Positions 32,305 through 44,300 of a stretch of DNA of 64,000 nt are shown one piece after another. This DNA comes from an uncultured Chloroflexia bacterium. Lineage in GTDB: Bacteria > Chloroflexota > Ktedonobacteria > Ktedonobacterales > JADMIN01. The stretch's first letter is position 1, and every line of letters begins with the position of its first letter. The stretch is from positions 1,554,046-1,618,045 of the forward strand of contig CAVQGK010000024.1 of the NCBI GenBank assembly GCA_963712005.1, read 5' to 3'. Below the pieces are notes generated by a model. The model did no database searches and was not told where the DNA came from. It was given only the letters and a program-made list of their open reading frames with translations. Both the position numbers and the translations under genes were made by a program.

Positions 32305-33333
32305 ATGACTGCGCCGACTGTGCCAACGTCAACGCCGTTAACGCTAACACTCAGAAACAAGGATGACTTCCCGGAAGTCTTTCACACAGCGGATGTAGGA
32401 GCGATGCGCAGCCAGATGTGGCATTTCATCTTCGTCCGCGTTGAACTAATCGCCATCTCCCTTGCCGCAATAACCCAGGTATTTGGACAACAGATCGCGC
32501 CTACCATTGTCAATCTCTTCGGTTGGCGGGCCGGAAATGTAACTATACTCAGCCATACTTATCCCGCTGAAGAAGTGACGACCTCGGCGGCGAGATATGC
32601 GCTGCCAGCACTACTCATGGCCATCGCAATTGTGGCATATGGGTTGCGCTTTTGTTCTCGCTACCACCATCGCTGGCTTGGGCAGCGCGCGCTCGCCGAG
32701 GCTACGAAAGGACTTGCGTGGCGATATAGCATGCATGCGATGCATGCCGACCTGAAAGCGACGACACCACTCACGATAGACGAGGCTCACCAGGCGTTCC
32801 AAACAGAACTAGGCCAGATTGAGCAGCAAGGGCATGACCTACGCCTTGCGCCTCCAAAGCCCGATGAAGTGGAATTGACGCAGGCAATGGAAAGCCTTCG
32901 CCTCGCAAGTGCGACCATTCAGAGTGCCTCCTACATGGAAGACCGCTTAAATGACCAGCAGCGATGGTATGCGGGCAAGGCAATCCATTTTGAAACGTGG
33001 ACGACCCGTCTACAACTGGCTCGTGGCGGAATGTATGTTCTAGCGGCGCTCTTGATCGTTTTCAGTCAGGTTGGTCCGAATGGCCTGGCTGCCGCGACCA
33101 CTATTGCGGGCGCGCTGGCAACCTGGCTCGCTGGCAAGCGTTACGATGATCTCGCGCAAAGTTATGGCGCAATGGCTCGCGAACTCATCGGCTTGAGAAA
33201 CAAGACGCCAAATCTTGCGGCAGCAAATCAAGGTGGTGACGCCGACCAGCAAACCATCTGGGCGGCCTATGTTAATGAAGTGGAAACGCTACTGGATGGT
33301 GAACATCGTGACTGGCTGCGCAGTCCACAATAA
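32305..33333 (+). CDS. tandem 2TM SLATT/DUF4231-like protein
   Basis: GGAGGGA RBS. Two modules, each a TM pair followed by a helix: RWLGQRALAEATKGLAWRY and KRYDDLAQSYGAMARELIGL. Visibly lower G+C than the flanks. Confidence 0.6.
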   Translation: MTAPTVPTSTPLTLTLRNKDDFPEVFHTADVGAMRSQMWHFIFVRVELIAISLAAITQVFGQQIAPTIVNLFGWRAGNVTILSHTYPAEEVTTSAARYALPALLMAIAIVAYGLRFCSRYHHRWLGQRALAEATKGLAWRYSMHAMHADLKATTPLTIDEAHQAFQTELGQIEQQGHDLRLAPPKPDEVELTQAMESLRLASATIQSASYMEDRLNDQQRWYAGKAIHFETWTTRLQLARGGMYVLAALLIVFSQVGPNGLAAATTIAGALATWLAGKRYDDLAQSYGAMARELIGLRNKTPNLAAANQGGDADQQTIWAAYVNEVETLLDGEHRDWLRSPQ

Positions 33334-33422
33334 ACAGCTTTTGAAATCGAGAGCTGCATGGTAGGTTCGGCGCGCCGTCTCCTCCCAGAATGGTAATAGA
33401 TGTTGCAGTAATCTACCACTGC

Positions 33423-33924
33423 TTAGTCTGGGTGCTGCTGGAGGTAGGCACGGGCGAGATACAGACCGGCGATGACGCGGGCATCTTGGATCTGGCCCGA
33501 GGTGATGTACTGCTCGAAGGCGGGCAGTGGTACCCGCGCAATGCCAATCTCATAGTCCTCGTCGCCAAGGAGCCGACTCGCGACGAAGATCGCGCGCCAG
33601 GTAGAGGTCGCTACGCACCGTCAGGTATTTCGACCACGGCCACAACTGGCCCAGGTACTCGAGGCGGCCCGCCGCGAAGCCCAGTTCTTCCTGTAGCTCG
33701 CGGTTGGCCGTCGTCTCGTGCGGTTCGCCCGGCTCGAAAGTCCCCCCGGAAAAGACCCAGACATCGCGACCAAACGCCGGGGCAGGCTCGACGGCCAGCA
33801 AGACGTCTCCGTTCGCATCGAGAGGGATCGTCAGCACTTCATCAGAACACTGTATGTATAAGTTATCGCGCCTGTCGCGGCCCAACGCGAAATAGCGATT
33901 CTCTTCCAACACACACCTCCCCAT
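33423..33924 (-). pseudogene. NUDIX hydrolase, one frame change near 33580
   Basis: NUDIX box GGTFEPGEPHETTANRELQEELGF. The C-terminal part (..ARVIAGLYLARAYLQQHPD) is in another frame. Confidence 0.75.
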
Positions 33925-34174
33925 CCACAGCGTTGCGGACGCTCACGTTGACCGCTTCCCTGCATCCACTATCGCATATCGCTACTCGGCAGGCAAACGA
34001 CTCCCACCCACCTGCGGGAGACCCGCTCACTAACCCGCGATTGCGACGTTTATCACAGTCGGATGCGTCGCGCGGTGTCATGCTTACGATGCAACGGATA
34101 CCTTGGATACCTCAGATATTTGCGGATTCTGGTGTACCGCTGACGGTGTGACGATGCGCACCAGGGAGACTGCC

Positions 34175-34417
34175 ATGCATTGTGACGAGTGTGGAACCGA
34201 ACTCTACGAGGCAGGCGAAGTCGTGCCTGCCGGGGACTACACGCGCGTGGACGATAGGTCGTTCCGTCACGTCGCGCTGATACAGCGTGGGCCGCTTCCT
34301 CCCAGCTTCGACGGCCATATTGCGCTGTACCGGAGCGCGGCTGCTCCCTGCGCTTGCGAGAGTCGCCACACCACTCCCATCGCTTTTGCCCCGGCGAAAG
34401 CCGCTAGAAAGTCTTAG
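34175..34417 (+). CDS. small zinc-ribbon-like hypothetical protein
   Basis: AGGGAG lies 6 nt before ATG 34175. [10 protein letters not shown], with later Cys residues. Confidence 0.45.
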   Translation: MHCDECGTELYEAGEVVPAGDYTRVDDRSFRHVALIQRGPLPPSFDGHIALYRSAAAPCACESRHTTPIAFAPAKAARKS

Positions 34418-34425
34418 AATACCTT

Positions 34426-34680
<255 letters not shown>

Positions 34681-34815
34681 GAAAAGTGACAAGCGAACTT
34701 CCCCGGCCTCGACCACATTACCCGCCCCCTCGACCCCAACGATGCGGCTCCGAAGTGGCTGCGCGGATTCTTTCGCACGCGCTCTAGGTGAGGCCGGGGG
34801 TGAGCTCAGAATGGC

Positions 34816-35504
34816 TTACGTGAACATTGCGAGCCGCTCGCGATTGACGACGGTGATCCGCCCGCGCTGCATGCGGATCGCGCCGGTCGCCTCCAGCTCT
34901 TTGAGCGCCCGACCCACCATCTCGCGCGCCGTGCCCGCCATCGCCGCCATCTCCTGCTGGGTCAGCCGGTGCGCCGCCTTGCCCGACGTCGCCGCCGCCA
35001 ACCACAGCGGACGCCGGCTGGCATCTTGTTCAAGCAGGATCTTGGCCACCCGCGCCGTCACATGGCGGAACGAGAGGTCTTCGACCAGCGTGACGAGGTG
35101 ACGCAACGCGCCCGCCAGCGCCTGCACCGTTGCAAGCGCGACCCCTGGCCGCTCCACGATCAGCCGCCGAAGTTCCGCGCCACCCGTCGCGTAGACGATG
35201 CTTGGCTCCAGCGCCGCCACACTCGCGGGATTCGGCCCGCCATCCAGCGCCGGAACATCGTTGAACGTGCGGCCCGCCTCGATCAGCCGCAGCACCTGCT
35301 CCTTGCCCTCCGGCGACGATTTGAAGACCTTGACAAGTCCACTGCGCACGAAATGCAACGCGCCGCCGCGATCACCTTCGAGAATGATGATATCGCCTCG
35401 CTCGTAGTGACGCTCCACCGTCACCGCCGCGACGTGCGCCATGTCGTCAGCGGGCAGCGGCGCAAAGAGCGATGTCTTCCGCAGCTCATCACCTCCACTG
35501 GCAT
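34816..35504 (-). CDS. Crp/Fnr family transcriptional regulator (probable 1-nt frame break in the first codons)
   Basis: cNMP-binding RGDIIILEGD..FVRSGLVKV and the HTH TQQEMAAMAGTAREMVGRALKEL. In-frame ELRKTSLFAPL extends upstream of Met 35442. An ATG at 35504 with AAAGGAG is out of frame. Confidence 0.8.
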
Positions 35505-35740
35505 CGCTCGCTCCTTTCGTATACCCTACGCTCTATGCGCTCATACACGCTTCAGCGTCTCCGATGCGTCGGCACAGCGCCTGCAGGGCCGATGCGACCT
35601 AAGTCGCTGTCTCTCGCCCACCATGACGAGCGTACATTCAAATTGAGTGCCATGTATATCAGTGAAGAGCAGATAAGCACATCTGCCTATGGCTGCGAAG
35701 GAGAAAATACCATGAGCAACGATGCGCATCATGGAAATAG

Positions 35741-35968
35741 ATGCAGCCGAAGATACTGGATGTCCGGCCGGTGTTGGCGGAGGGCGGCGAGCCGTTCGTG
35801 CAGATCATGGAGACGGCGGAGCGCGTCCCGGTGGGGAAATCGCTGGTGTTGATCGCGCCATTCGAGCCAGTGCCACTCTATCAGGCGCTGGGCGGGCGCG
35901 GCTTCTCGCACGCCACCGAGCGCGTCGCGGACGACGAGTGGATCATTCGCTTCGTCCGCGAGCAATAG
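35741..35968 (+). CDS. DUF2249 domain protein
   Basis: ILDVRPVLAEGGEPFVQIMETAERVPVGKSLVLIAPFEPVPLY. Confidence 0.7.
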   Translation: MQPKILDVRPVLAEGGEPFVQIMETAERVPVGKSLVLIAPFEPVPLYQALGGRGFSHATERVADDEWIIRFVREQ

Positions 35969-36079
35969 GACGACCTCACCCCTCGGCCACTCCCCTGCGA
36001 GGGGAGGGGGCCAGGCGGGGCGTGAGGGTCGCGCCCGCGTATCTGACAGTTGCAGCGGAGTATCCCGAAAGGACGCACC

Positions 36080-37477
36080 ATGCAGCCCAGCATGCGTCCC
36101 ATCCAGATATCGCAGCCAATCCCCCTCGGCGCCGCCGGTCGCCATCCAGGGGTTGAGCGGCGTGGCGCGTGGGGGCGTGCCGCTCTGGCTGCCGCTGCCG
36201 TTTCTGCTGACGGGCGTCGTGGGCGCCGCACTGTTCGGAGTGCTGCTGCCGTGGGTGATGCCACAGGCAATCCTCGCGCCGGGGTTTCCGCATGTGCTGG
36301 CGCTGGTGCATATCGGCCACACTCGGCTGGCTGACGATGACAATCATGGGCGCATCGCTGCAACTGGCTCCGGTTATCCTCACCAGCCCGCTGCGCGCGG
36401 CCGGTTTCGCGCGCTGGCAGTATCCCGTCTATCTCGTCGGGGTCGCGCTGCTGCTCTCAGGCTTCTGGTTCTGGCGCGAGCCGCTGCTGATCGTCGGCGG
36501 CTCGCTGGTGGTGGTGGCGGTCGCGCACTATGCCGTCATCATCGGCCGCAACGCTCATCTCTGCGCACCGGCTACATGAGGCCAGCATCGGCGCGCCCGC
36601 TCACCGCGCGCTATCTCTCCGCCTCGCTGATCTATCTCTGCCTCGTCGTCTGCCTTGGGCTGACCGCCGGCGCTCAATCTCGCCTTCGGGTTCCTCGGCG
36701 CGGGAATAGGCCGACTGCTGCTGACCCACATCACCACTGGGCGTCGTCGGCTGGCTGACATGCACGCTGATGGGCGTCTCCTATACGCTCGTGCGGTTAT
36801 TTGCGCTGGTCCACGGGCATGCGGATACGCTGGGACGGCGCGTCTTCGCGTTGCTGAATGGCGGCATCGTGGGGATGGCGGCGGGCTTCGCGCTTGCATG
36901 GAAGCCGCTCGCGATGCTCGGCGGACTGCTGCTGATCGCCGCTGTCTGGCTCTTCGCCTGGGACTACGCGCGGATGCTGCGCCAGCGCAAACGCCGGGTG
37001 CTCGACGTGACACAGCATCACGGCATCGCGGCGGTGTGCTATCTCGCGGTGGCCATCCCGCTGGGCGTCGTCGCCGCGCTCGTCGGGTGGGGATCGCCGC
37101 GCCTCTTCGCCGCGCTGGGGGTGGCGGCGCTCGTCGGCTGGCTGGGGCAGAGTACGCTAGGTTATCTCTATAAGATCGTCCCGTTCCTGGTCTGGCAGTC
37201 TCGCTACGGTGCGCTGGTCGGGCGGCAGAAGGTGCCGCTGATGCGCGACCTGGTGCATCAGCGTTGGGCGACGATCAGCTTCTGGCTGGTGAACGGCGCA
37301 TTGCCGCTCGTCGCCGCGACCGCGTTGCTCGGCTGGGTAGCGCCAATGCAGATTGCGGCGGCGGCCCTTGGCGTCGGGCTAATCCTGGCCGCCGCGAACG
37401 TCGTGGGCATCATCGGCCCACACAAAGCGCCTGTCAGTCCCAGTCCCAAACTCAATCCTAATCCCAATCACCAGTAG
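36080..37477 (+). pseudogene. polytopic membrane protein (NnrS/oxidase-subunit-I-like neighbourhood), at least 4 frame changes
   Basis: TM-rich pieces in three frames: LWLPLPFLLTGVVGAALFGV, TLGWLTMTIMGASLQLAP, and an intact 235-aa C-terminal part at 36770..37477. Confidence 0.55.
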
Positions 37478-37845
37478 CCCAGCTCGGCGCGGCCCGCCTC
37501 AGTCATCATCGCAGGCTCCCAGCGCGGCTCCCAGACGAGCTGGATTGTGCCGCCGGTCACGCCCGCGATGGGCTGGAGCGCGGCGCCCACACCCTCGCCG
37601 ATAGACTCGTGCATCGGGCAGCCGGGCGTCGTCAGCGTCATGGTGATCGTCACGAAGCCATCTTCGCGCAGATCGACGTTGTAGACCAGCCCCAGATCGA
37701 CGATATTGACACCCAGTTCCGGGTCATAGACGTTGTGCAGCGCCTCGTAGATCTCGCCGATTACCTTCTCCACCTCCGCTGGCGTGGCTCCGTCTTTATC
37801 CTCAACATCAGATGTTGTCTGGCCGGACTGACTCTGCAGGCTCAT
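37468..37845 (-). CDS. DUF59 (SufT/PaaD-like) Fe-S assembly protein
   Basis: VYDPELGVNIVDLGLVY and TLTTPGCPM motifs. ATG at 37845 follows GAGGAGGG. Confidence 0.85.
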   Translation of the reverse strand: MSLQSQSGQTTSDVEDKDGATPAEVEKVIGEIYEALHNVYDPELGVNIVDLGLVYNVDLREDGFVTITMTLTTPGCPMHESIGEGVGAALQPIAGVTGGTIQLVWEPRWEPAMMTEAGRAELGYW

Positions 37846-38018
37846 CACTGCCCTCCTCGCGCATGTATCCGTCACTGACATTGCTTCTCTCTACGCTACC
37901 GCCCGACGAGTCGCGCTGACTGCGACCTTTGTCGCTCCATGCGGCGTATACTCAAGCGGGAGACACCAGTTGGACAGGTGCGACACAAGTACACGAATAC
38001 GAGATTGCGAGGCGCGTG

Positions 38019-38916
38019 ATGGAGACAGCGTTGCAGGGTCTCGAGTATCGCCACGTCGATGTGTTCACGCGCGAGGCGCTCGCGGGCAATGGGCTGATCG
38101 TCTTTCCCGAGGCGGACGGACTTGCGCTTGAGATGATGCAGCGCATTACGCTGGAAATGCGCCAGTTCGAGTCGATTTTCCTCGCCCCCACCACCGAGAC
38201 ACATCGCGTCGGGGCGCGGGTCTTCACGATGGAGGAAGAGCTGCCGTTCGCGGGGCATCCCGTGCTGGGCGCGGCCTGCGTGCTGCACGAGCGGCTCTAC
38301 TATGTCGGCGACGCGGATGAACGCGCCGAGTGGACGCTGGAGCTGCCAGTGGGGTCTGTCCAGGTCAGCACTATCCGCCGCGAGGGATGGTATGAGGCGA
38401 CGATGAATCAGGGTCACCCGCAATTTGGCGCGACGCTGGACGCGGAGATGGTCGGTCGGATACTTGCCGCGCTCAATCTCGAAGAGGGCGATCTCTATCC
38501 CGGCCTGCCGCTAGAGGTCGTCTCCACAGGGCTGCCTTATCTGCTGGCGCCGCTCGCCAGCGGACTGGAGCGCGCCGCGATTGTGCAGACCTGAATTCGA
38601 GGCATTGCTCGCCTCCTTTGGCGCGAAGTTTGTCTACGTGCTGCATCTGCCCACACGTGAGGGGCGCTCCTGGGATAACGACGGGCGCGTGGAGGATGTG
38701 GCCACTGGCAGCGCGGCTGGCCCGGTCGGCGCCTATCTCGTCCGCCGTGGGTTGGCCTCGGCTGGAGAGGAAATCATCTTGGAGCAAGGGCGCTTCCTCG
38801 GTCGGCCCAGCCAGTTACATGTCCGGGTCGAGGGCGCAGATGGGGATGGTGGTGAGATCGCGGCGGTCTACGTCACCGGAGACGTGCGTATGGTGGCGCG
38901 CGGTGTCTTCGAATGA
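38019..38916 (+). pseudogene. PhzF family isomerase (second copy), one frame change near 38585
   Basis: YRHVDVFT..AGNGLIVF, FESIFL, FAGHPVLGA, then EDVATGSAAGPVGAYL in the next frame. Confidence 0.8.
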
Positions 38917-39046
38917 GGCGTTTTCAAATAGAGGTTTCCGCTTCCATCCGCGCATGCCGTATGGGGTAGATAGACGCTAGGGTCGGTGAAGAGGAGTGCG
39001 CTGATGGACAACGCCGCGAGTCCAGGTCATCGCCTGCGCGATATCT

Positions 39047-39988
39047 TTGTCTCAGGCTTTGACGCTGGCTGCGCAATCCCCTATACTGGGCGTAATCGCG
39101 AGCGCCCGCTCGACTGACGACGCTCTGGCATCTGCCACGGCGATCAGGGCAGTGAATGATGGCGACGCGACTGACTACTATCTTATGAAGGAGTCAGGCG
39201 TGCGAAATAGTCAGGATGATCCCTTTGCGTCCCGGCGCGCGCAACTGGAAGCGGAATTCCATGCGCTCCCACTGGTCGGCAGCGGCGACTATTGGGAGCG
39301 CATCGAGCAACCGACCGACGGACAGGAATTGCCACTGGAGGTGCTGGCGCGCTGCCTGCGCGAGCGACACGCCGCTGGTGCAGTCGAGGATGCCGATCGC
39401 GCATTGAATGTAATTTGGCGGCAGGTCCAACCGCAGGTGCGCCAGTGGTCAAGGGATGTCGCTGGAAGGGCGCACTCAGGCATGAAGCCGGAACTTCGAG
39501 AGGATCTCGAGCAGGAGTGCTTCATAAAACTGTGGCAGGAGTTGAGCGACGTTGATGATGGTGATGATGAGATATTCCTGCTCACCCACTTTGAGATAGC
39601 GTTCTTGCGATTGCGGCAACACGTTGCCCAGGATGTTATGAAAAAAGCGGGGGAGTGGCAACGACCAGGCGTGGACAGGCCGACGCGCATTCCCACCGAT
39701 GTAATGGATAGCATACAGGCAACGTCAGAGCGTGAGGACGACTTTCCGCTCGACGACCAACTGGAAGATGTGAACGCTCAAGCGCCATTTCGGCAGGCAG
39801 AACTCAGTGACCTGCTCGAAAAGGTGCGTGCGTTGCCTGAAGACCAGCGAACAGTGATCATGGACCGGTTCTGGGAGGGCCTAACGCAGGATGAAACGGC
39901 CGCAAAGCTAGGCATCACTTCCCGGATGGTACGTTACCTCTTGAGAGAAAGCTCTGAGCGAACTCGGCGAGCAATATGGCGCTGGTGA
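39047..39988 (+). CDS. sigma-70-family-like protein with long N-terminal extension
   Basis: QECFIKLWQEL, and region 4 DQRTVIMDRFWEGLTQDETAAKLGITSRMVRY. TTG start is uncertain. The last ~15 codons may be frame-shifted (alternative ..KALSELGEQYG). Confidence 0.6.
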   Translation: MSQALTLAAQSPILGVIASARSTDDALASATAIRAVNDGDATDYYLMKESGVRNSQDDPFASRRAQLEAEFHALPLVGSGDYWERIEQPTDGQELPLEVLARCLRERHAAGAVEDADRALNVIWRQVQPQVRQWSRDVAGRAHSGMKPELREDLEQECFIKLWQELSDVDDGDDEIFLLTHFEIAFLRLRQHVAQDVMKKAGEWQRPGVDRPTRIPTDVMDSIQATSEREDDFPLDDQLEDVNAQAPFRQAELSDLLEKVRALPEDQRTVIMDRFWEGLTQDETAAKLGITSRMVRYLLRESSERTRRAIWRW

Positions 39989-39999
39989 GGAGGGCAACG

Positions 40000-40649
40000 G
40001 TGTCTGATCAGAAGAGATGCGCGACGCGCCACCAGCGGAAGCGCCAGTACGAGATCGACAGCATCATTGCGCAGTACATCGACGCCTATCATAGCCGGGC
40101 AATCGCCGCACATCGAAGACTACGTGCGGCGGTATCCGCAATATACCGGCGAGCTGCTGGAGTTTGCCGTCTACTACCATACGATTGGGTTTGCAACCGA
40201 ATCGCTGGAGGGTCCACCCGATCCCGCATTGTCGCCCGCAGCCGAAAAAGCGATGGCGCGGATACGTGCGCTGACGAGAACAGCCAGCGCCTGCTGCCAT
40301 CGAGAGTCTGGTGAAGTTGGGGATTCAGGCTGGCTACACGCCGCCCCGACTCGCCGAGGCCGTCGGCCTGACCAGCGCGCTGCTGAAAGGCTGGAGGCGC
40401 GCGCTATCGTGCCGCATCCATCCCGCGCGCGCTCATCCAGCGGTTCGCCGACGTGCTGAAAACAGCGCCCGAGGCTATTGCCGCCTACCTGGAACACATC
40501 CTCGGCGGGTGGATTCTATATGGCCGAGCGGCAGCCAGACGCAGCAGCAGGAATCTTTCCTCGACGCGGTGGAGACCAGCGCGCTCTCGCCCGAACGCAA
40601 GCGCGAGTGGGCAGAGATCGTGAACGCGGAAACGAAGAGCGGCCCATAG
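40000..40649 (+). pseudogene. HTH-like regulatory protein, multiple frame changes
   Basis: GTG at 40000 follows GAGGAGGG. Pieces SPHIEDYVRRYPQYTGELLEF, LVKLGIQAGYTPPRLAEAVGLTSALL and SFLDAVETSALSPERKREW lie in different frames. Confidence 0.45.
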
Positions 40650-40728
40650 CCTCGCCCGCATGTCCCATCCCGATCCACACTGTGAAATGTCTCACATGCA
40701 GCGATGAAAGAGCCGCTGAGGGTGCACC

Positions 40729-41351
40729 ATGCCAACAGAACGTATCGAAGTCATCGAGCGAGCCGCCGCCGCCTTGCGAGCGCAACTGACCACTGACGCC
40801 GACACAGACGCGGATGTCGTGCGCAGCGACCGCTTGCAGGCCATCCTGGAGATCAAACTTGAGCGTTGCCCCGGCGATGATGTGATGCTGGGCGGCGCCT
40901 ATTCGCGGCTGCAACTCTGGGCATGGGAGAACCCCAGCCTCGGCGGCATCCATCTGGCTGAGCGCCGACCTGGACTCTGAGATGCGCCGCTTTGCCATCG
41001 CGCACGAACTGGGCCATTACATCCTCCATCGCGGTGAGGGTATCCGCCTCTTTGCGCCATGTGACCAGCGGGCCGTGGATCAGCAGACCGACGCCGCCGC
41101 TTTGCGCCGCGAAGACCATGTCGTCGAGGAGTACTCCCCACGGGTCCGGCGCGAACAGGAGGCCAACGCCTTCGCCGCCGAGTTGCTGGCTCCACGCGCC
41201 GAGGTGCGCCGCATCTTCACCGCAGACCCACAATAGGCGCGGCGCAATGGCCGCCCATTTCGGCATCTCGCCGCTACTGGCGCGTCGCCGCCTCATCGAC
41301 GCCGTGCTCGCTCCAGCGCGCCCCGTGGATGAGGTAGACATCTCGGCATAG
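40729..41351 (+). pseudogene. ImmA/IrrE-like zinc metallopeptidase, frame-broken
   Basis: HEXXH in FAIAHELGHYILH, plus downstream EQEANAFAAELLAP. Three frames are needed. Confidence 0.7.
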
Positions 41352-44300
41352 GGGAGCTCCCGGCGACAAAGACGCCCAGCCGCGCCCGGCGAGTTGATCG
41401 CGGGGCTGGATGACGGGCAGCGGTTGGCCGCGCGCGTATTGGCCCGGCGCTGGTCGTGGCTGGCCCAGGCACCGGCAAGACGGCGACCCTCGATTGGCCG
41501 CGTGGCCCATCTCGTCGAAGAGCGTCACATTCCGCCCGAGCAGACGCTGGCGTTGACGTTCTCGAATCGGGCTGCAGGCGAGATGCGCGAGCGGCTGGAA
41601 CGAAGCGGGCTGCCAGGCGAGCGCATGCCCATCATGACGATCCACGCCTTCGCCGGCACACTCCTGCGCGAGTACGCTTCGCAGGTACCCCATACGCCCG
41701 ATGAGGCGGAATTAACCGCCGACTTCCGCATTCTCGATGAGGCCAACGCCTATCTGCTGATGGAAGGACTGCTCGGCGAGTTGCCGCTGCATTACTATCG
41801 CTCGCTGGGCAACCCCACCGGGCGTCTGCGCACACTGCTCGACGATTTCTCCCACGCGCGTGACGAGCTGCTGACCTCGGCGGACTATCTGGCGTTGGTA
41901 GATGCGATGAAGCGCACGCCCGCACCTGGCACAGGCGGCGGAGATCGAGATGTCGGGGAGCAGACCGCGCAGAAAGGACATGGGCAGAAAGTCCAGCCGT
42001 CCGACGGCGCATTTACCGATGAGCAGATTGCGCGGGCGCGCGAGCGGGCCGAGGCCTATGCGGTCTGGGATCGGGCGCTGCGTCGGCGTGGGCTGGTGGA
42101 CTTTGGCGGCCTGATTCAGCGCGCGGTCGAGCTGCTGCGGGCGCATTCCAGCCATTCTGGCCGAGGTGCGCAGGCGCTATTCCCGAGATACTCGTGGATG
42201 AGTTTCAGGATACGAATCGCGCGGCGGCCGAATTGCTGCTGCTGATAGCGGGCGACACTGGCGGCGGCCTCTGGGTGGTGGGCGACCAGAATCAGTCGAT
42301 CTATCGGTTCCGTGGCGCCTCGCCGGGCAACCTGCCCGCGACTGGTCGAGAATACTACCCACAATCTGCGCGTGCTGCGGCTACTACGCTGCTATCGCGC
42401 CGTGCCGAGCATCGTGCGCTCGGTTCCGCGATGGCGGCGCAGATGGCACGATTGGCCTTAACCGCTCCGGTCCCATCCACCGGCGCGCTGCGCGAGGCGC
42501 TGCAGCCGCTGGACTTGGAGCCGGTGCGTAGCGTCAGCGGCCAACGCCCGCTATTCTGCACGCGGAGACGTTCGCCAGCGCCGCGCACGAGCGCGTTGGG
42601 CTGGCGACGGCCATCGAGCGAATCCATACAGCGGCTACCGCTACAGCGATCAGGCGATCCTCTGTCGCACGCACAAGCAGGCGCGCCAGATTGCCGCCGT
42701 CCTCGCCCGCGGGACGTACCCGTCAGCCAGCTCGGCGATTTCTTCGAGCGGCCCGAGGTGAAGGATGCGCTGATGTTGCTCACGCTGGCGTCGGGGCCAG
42801 ATGCGCGCGGAGTCTTGCGCGCCGCCCCACTGCTCGTCGCCGTTGGCTGCCCACCGCCCGTAGGGGGTGAACTTGCCGCACGGTGCGCGTACCTTTCGAT
42901 TCAGCGCCCGCGCTTCCCGGCGCGCTTCAGGATGGCATCTGCTCGGCCAGATTCGGCGCTCTCGCCGGAGACACGGGCCGGACTCGTCAGCGCTCGGCGA
43001 AAAGCGACTAGGGATACGCGAATAGCGCGACCGTTGGCCTCAGGCTGGCGGCGTTCCTGCTACGTCCAGGTGGATATGTCTGGCGGTTGGCGCGTGTGGC
43101 TGACGGGCAGGATGAGCCACGGAGACCAGTGCGCGCTGCCGGGGATGGAAGCGCGGGCGGCGCAATGCCAGGCCAACAGGCGCTGGCGGCGCTTGGTGAA
43201 CTGGTGCGGCTGGCGTGGCGCTTCGACGCCGCTGGGCGGCGGAGCCGGAGTTCCGCGCCCGCTTGAGCCGCGCGGTACGCCACCGCGGCGCGGCACGCCT
43301 CGTCGCAACCCGATACCCTCGACCCCAGCGCCCAATGCCGATGTCATCTCCGATGTCATGCCATCCGCCGCTCCTGCTTCTGCCCGGCGCGCTACCGCAA
43401 CTGAAGAAATAGCCCCGGTAGTGACCTGTTTCCTGCACTATCTGCACGCGCTCCGGGCGACTGATGTGGTCGTGCCGTCCCGGCCGGGAATGAGGATACC
43501 GTCCATATCCTGACGCTGCACCAGAGCAAAGGGCTGGAATTTCCGGTGGTGCTGCTGCCCAATCTGGCGCATGGCCAGTTTCCGGTGGGCAGGTTTCGGG
43601 CGCGAAGAGGTTTCGCCGTCCGGTTTTCGCGAAAGTGATACGCCCGGCGAGCGCGACGCGGAGGAACGCTGCCTCTTCTACGTCGGAGTCACCCGCGCGC
43701 GCGATATCGTCGCCTTTAGCCGCGCCACCAGCTATGGCACAGGGAGAAATCGCGGAGCGGTCAGCGCTGCTGGCGCTGATGGATGGCGCGCCGGACTGGG
43801 CCGCCGCCGAGCCGCTGCTCTCCGACGAAGAGGGCGAGCGGCTGCTGGCCATCGCCGCCGCCTTCGACGAGACGAACGAAGACGACGAGCGCGAAAACGA
43901 TATCGATAGGCCAATCGAAACGTCAGCTAGTGCCAGGGCAGGCGCCCGTACAAACGCCACGGGAAAAGCCTGTCTTCCGGCTGCATGACCTGGACCAGTA
44001 TCTGGAATGTCCGCTGCAATACAAATACATGCGCATTCACGGTTTTCGCGATCCCGCGAGCGATGCCGTCTATAGCTTCCATCGCTACATCCGCCAGGGC
44101 GCGCAGAAGTTACGGGATATCCAGGCGGCCACGCCCTGGCGCGGACTGGAAAGCCGCCGAGGCGCAGCTTCAACCGCTCTGGGACGAGGTTGGCCCGGCG
44201 GGGCACGCCTATGAAGACTTCTACTGGCAGGCGGCTGAGGCCATCTTGCGCGAAGAGTGGCAGGCGATCACTTCGCCAGCGAGCAGGTGACAACCTGCGG

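Noticed and set aside
3923-33924. ADP-ribose theme (macro/PARG-like 3923-4774, NADAR 24107-24589, NUDIX 33423-33924) as one system
   Set aside because: The three genes are 10-20 kb apart, on different strands and in unrelated neighbourhoods. There is no evidence that they are functionally linked.
35600-35680. Fnr/Crp box in the crp - DUF2249 intergenic region
   Set aside because: Only TTGAG..ATCAG with the wrong spacing and a weak TACAT-N14-ATGTA repeat are present. Neither is convincing without a matrix search.
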